Source: Vicugna vicugna (Eukaryota). Taken from it: a stretch of DNA of 64,000 bases. Location of the stretch: assembly GCA_013265495.1 (NCBI GenBank), contig MU058287.1, positions 620,001 through 684,000 on the forward strand, in the 5' to 3' direction. Below the pieces are notes generated by a model. That model was not told the origin of the DNA, searched no databases, and worked only from the letters and a program-made list of their open reading frames with translations. Within the stretch, counting starts at the first letter, position 1; every line of letters starts with the position of its first letter. The translations under genes were made by a program, and so were the position numbers. Below, piece after piece: positions 60,585 to 64,000 of this stretch.

Positions 60585-61306
60585 CTATTCTAGTCACCAT
60601 TTCTATGCAACGAATTGTACCAAAACTTAGTGGCTGAAAACATCTGTTTTATTATATCTTACAGATTTTGTCAGTTGGGGATTTAGTCAGGGCTTAGCAG
60701 GGTGATTCTTCTGCTGTTCATGAGCTTGACTTAGGTCACTCAGTGCTATTCAGCTGACAGTGGCTCCTCTGGAGGGTCTGAGATGGCTTCTTTACATGTC
60801 TGGTGTCTTGGTGAGGATGCCTCAGAGACTCGGCTTAGTGGTTGGACTCAGCTGGGACTGTCCACTAAGCACCTACATGTGGCCTCTTCAGCATGGTGGC
60901 CTCCAAGTTGTTATGTGTCTTACGCGGTGGCTGGCTTTCCTCAGAGTAAGTGTCCCAAGAGAACCAGGTGACAGCTGCATGGCCTTCTGACCCAGCTTCA
61001 GAAGGTACCCAGCCTCACTTCTACCATGTTCTGTCAGTTACAAGCAGCTCATAAGGTCAGCCCAGATTCAAGAGGAGGGGAATTAGCTCTGCCTTTCAGT
61101 GGGGGAGTGGTGGCAAGGTCATATTGCAGAAGAACATGTGGGCTGGAGTTATTATTGCTGCCACCTTTGGTAATTAGGTTGGTTGGTTTGTTTTAATGGA
61201 GATCCTGGGGATTAAACCCAGGACCTTGTGCATGCTAAGCACACACTCTTACCACTGCGCTATATCCTTTCCCTGCTGCCATCTTTGGAAAATACAATTT
61301 GCCATA
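60585..61306. mobile_element. MaLR solo LTR (MLT1G/H-like), interrupted by a SINE
   Basis: ccaaaacttagtggctgaaaaca...cagcccagattcaagaggagggga...tgctgccatctttggaaaatacaatttgcca. Confidence 0.8.
61171..61273 (-). mobile_element. tRNA-Ala-derived camelid SINE (Vic-1-like), antisense
   Basis: Reverse complement reads gatatagcgcagtggtaagagtgtgtgcttagcatgcacaaggtcctgggtttaatccccaggatctcca...aacctaatta; TSD tgctgccacctttgg 61156-61170 / tgctgccatctttgg 61274-61288. Confidence 0.9.
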
Positions 61307-62982
61307 TCCACCATTCCCAGTTATCATGTTACTCAAATGTTGAACTTCAGAAAGGGAGGCTGAGGGTGAAAGGTAAATGAGTGAAAAATCACAGCAAGTG
61401 CAAAGTATACAAGCAGTGAGTCTAAATGATTGACCACCCTCATATGCAAACCACATTCTCCAAACGCTAGAAAGAGTCTTTCCTAACTCCTGTCTACTGT
61501 TGGAAGATAAAGCTTGTCCACGTCTTGCTATAACAGAGAGGATTTTTCTTCTTAATTTTGTATTGAAACAAAAATAGATTTTTGTGCTGGACTTCTAGGC
61601 TGCAGGGGAGATGTACTTGGTCAGATTTTCTTCTGCAGGCTTAGTGTCTGTTCATGAGTAATTTGAAGGCACATGACTTTCGAATCTCCCCTGCACATTG
61701 AACTCTGATCCCCAGAGCCCAGCCAGAGGCCCTTCTTACTCACACATGAGGCTCATTTTCTCCTTCTAGCATTGTTTCTCCCATTTCCCTGAGACTTCTG
61801 AAGATCTAAAGGACTGCATTTTTAGAACCGTATTGTAGTTTTTTTTTCCTTGAAGGAAAATAAGAATAGTTTCTTTTAGATAGAAAAAAAATGTATAGAA
61901 AATAGAAAGAAGGCAATAATTTAAAATGCTATTAATGTGTAGTGCATTGTACACATACAAGAGACTCGTGTTCTTTGGCAGAAATCAGAATATTCAACAA
62001 TACAAGAGGAAATAACAATTATAGTGCATATCAAGGCATGATATATTTAAGAATTTCTAAACCTATTGTTTTCAGCCTAACACTGAAAAAACTTTTGCTT
62101 TCTCTAGATGTTAAAAGATTTGTATAATGAAATATTACTTATTGCCCAGAGATTCTAAAACTATCAATGGTCTTAGTGTATATTTTATTTTAGAATGAAA
62201 ACACATACTAATCACCCCTATTATAATAGGCATTTTTGGATTTCTGTTGCTTTTTACCTTAAAACATTTCATAATGTATAGTGATAAAAATTTATAATGA
62301 TATATTTTATCACTAAGTTAATATATATATAAACCTATAATTTACCTTTCATATTAAAAAGTTTTACATTTTCACTTTCAAGCTGTGTATCTCATTTAAA
62401 GAAAAAAACTATTGAAAGTAAATATTTCTACCTCTGCTCTCAGAATAAACACTGAACTTCTGGCCAGCCTAAAGGAGCCATCCTATCTCTCTCTTTTCTT
62501 AGTACTATTTTCTTAGTGCCACTAAGATCCCACTTTGCATTTAAAATTTTTTTTGAACTTCAAATTTGAAGAAAAGAATCAATAGCCAATTAGTCAATAA
62601 CCAATCAATGTCCATTCTATGAAAACACTGTGCTGGGTGCTCTGGGGAAGCTGACAGATCTGGTAATGTTGTTAAACTGCCCAATATAGGAAAGAGACAT
62701 GGTGGGGAAAATGCCTTTTTAATTGTGAACTTGTTGAGCTTAAGTCACCTTTACCATTAAATTTTCTACTTTAGACTCTATGTGCTTGGGCAGAGCACTA
62801 GAAACAGACACATATATAGTGAGATATAGATAGCCTATGTCTATATCTGTGCTGAAGTAGATGAGCCCTAAGTTGACAGATAGAGCCAGAGAAAGCTATC
62901 AACTTGGCTTGAAGATTGAGGCTCACATGGCAGTTGCCATCTCCCTGGGGTAGGTTATGGGACTCCACGGTGGAGGGGAGGG

Positions 62983-63160
62983 CAGGCTTTGGAGCTGAGC
63001 ACTTATGGGTTTGATTCCTACTTGGCCACTTGGTAGATGTTTGACCTTGGCCAAGTCATTTAGCTTGGATTTCCTCACTGATAAAGTAGAGCCAATTATA
63101 TCTATCTTGACAATTAGGTAGATTATCTGTAGACTTCCAGCTCATCAGTAAATGGTAGCT
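62983..63160 (+). mobile_element. MIR SINE
   Basis: caggctttggag...tgggtttgattcc...gccacttggtagatgtttgaccttggccaagtcatttag...tttcctcactgataaa. Confidence 0.78.
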
Positions 63161-64000
63161 CTTACCAGTGTCACGTTCATGGTGAGGCTTGATAATCTAA
63201 GCTTTGTTCCCCATCAGTGACATTTTCACTGCTCACTGAAGCCTCAGTTTACAATCTAGTCTAAATTTATCCAATGAAATAAAATCCAAACTTTTTCAGA
63301 CAATACATGGATTTGTCCAACAAGTTACTAAGTAATCATTTATTAAAACCCTTTTAATATATTAAATATTGTTTTAAATATTGGGGACTTAGAGATGAAT
63401 AGAACATGCTACCCTCCCAGGAACACAATATCTAAGCAGGTTCTAGGAAAGACTGAGATTTTAATTCCATATGGAGATATTCCCCGGCTTGTTCTGGTTG
63501 CCCGGGCAGCAGAGGAGAGTACACTTACCTCCCCGTGGCATTGAGCTGAAATGGGTAGTCAAGAAATCTCTGCTGTTCCATATCAGATTTTTATTAAATA
63601 AATAAGCAAAAGACATCAAAATGATTTGAGTTCTAGTTAATGCTGGCCTCACCATTCATATTATTTGAGAAAGCAGCAGGGTCCGTATGTTAACAAATCA
63701 CCTGTTGCTTGTGGCCAGGCTGACCCCTGAGCTGACTGGGAGTGGTTAAGCAGACTTTCCACCACCAGTCATCACTAGTCAATTTAAAACTTTTGTAGTC
63801 ATTTTTGTTTCCTTTTCCCCTTCTATAATTTTCATGGTACCAAAAAATGCTACATATTTGGTGCCAGTGCTGTCTCCTGTGGGCTTCTCTTGTTTCAGTC
63901 TTAGGAATACCCACCTAGCTTGGGGTCAGTGGCTTCCTATAGTTGGTCCACCTCAGTGCCATTCAGGTTCCAATCCCACTACGTCAGCCTAACTCTATCT

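Noticed and set aside
50862..62690. CArG boxes CCTTATTTGG (50862-50871) and CCAATATAGG (62681-62690) as SRF/MRTF feedback sites
   Set aside because: A few CC(A/T)6GG matches are expected by chance in 64 kb of AT-rich DNA; no clustering or other support.
1..64000. A novel multi-gene system, operon, CRISPR array or other prokaryotic-type locus
   Set aside because: The sequence is a mammalian intron-exon region. I saw no regularly spaced repeat arrays or dense coding, and all convincing coding signal is PHACTR2 or L1 ORF2.
59607..64000. Final PHACTR2 coding exons (AAIRKELNEFK...RFHRP)
   Set aside because: No matching sequence found by eye; presumed downstream of the window.

Overview
Mammalian genomic DNA, very probably camelid (four tRNA-Ala(AGC)-derived SINEs of the Vic-1 type). 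The whole window appears to lie inside one + strand gene, PHACTR2 (phosphatase and actin regulator 2). Nine internal coding exons (25522-59606, 1631 nt) splice into one uninterrupted frame encoding the N-terminal RPEL motif, the Pro/Ser-rich and acidic linker, the three C-terminal RPEL motifs and the first half of the PP1-binding domain. The start and stop exons were not found and presumably lie outside the window. The introns hold ordinary mammalian repeats (L1 of several ages, L2, MIR, MLT1, MER58A, SINEs, microsatellites); repeat boundaries and subfamily calls are by eye. Nearly all ORFs in the supplied track are spurious. I see no evidence of a novel multi-gene system. The best leads are: (i) a GC (not GT) splice donor inside the PP1-binding domain, with a nearby read-through stop and downstream AATAAA; (ii) a ~310 bp diverged direct repeat, 19 kb apart, that I cannot assign to a repeat family; (iii) a strong CTCF core 40 nt upstream of a 56-nt exon; (iv) a young L1 with 16-bp target-site duplications and an ORF2 fragment broken by one stop.
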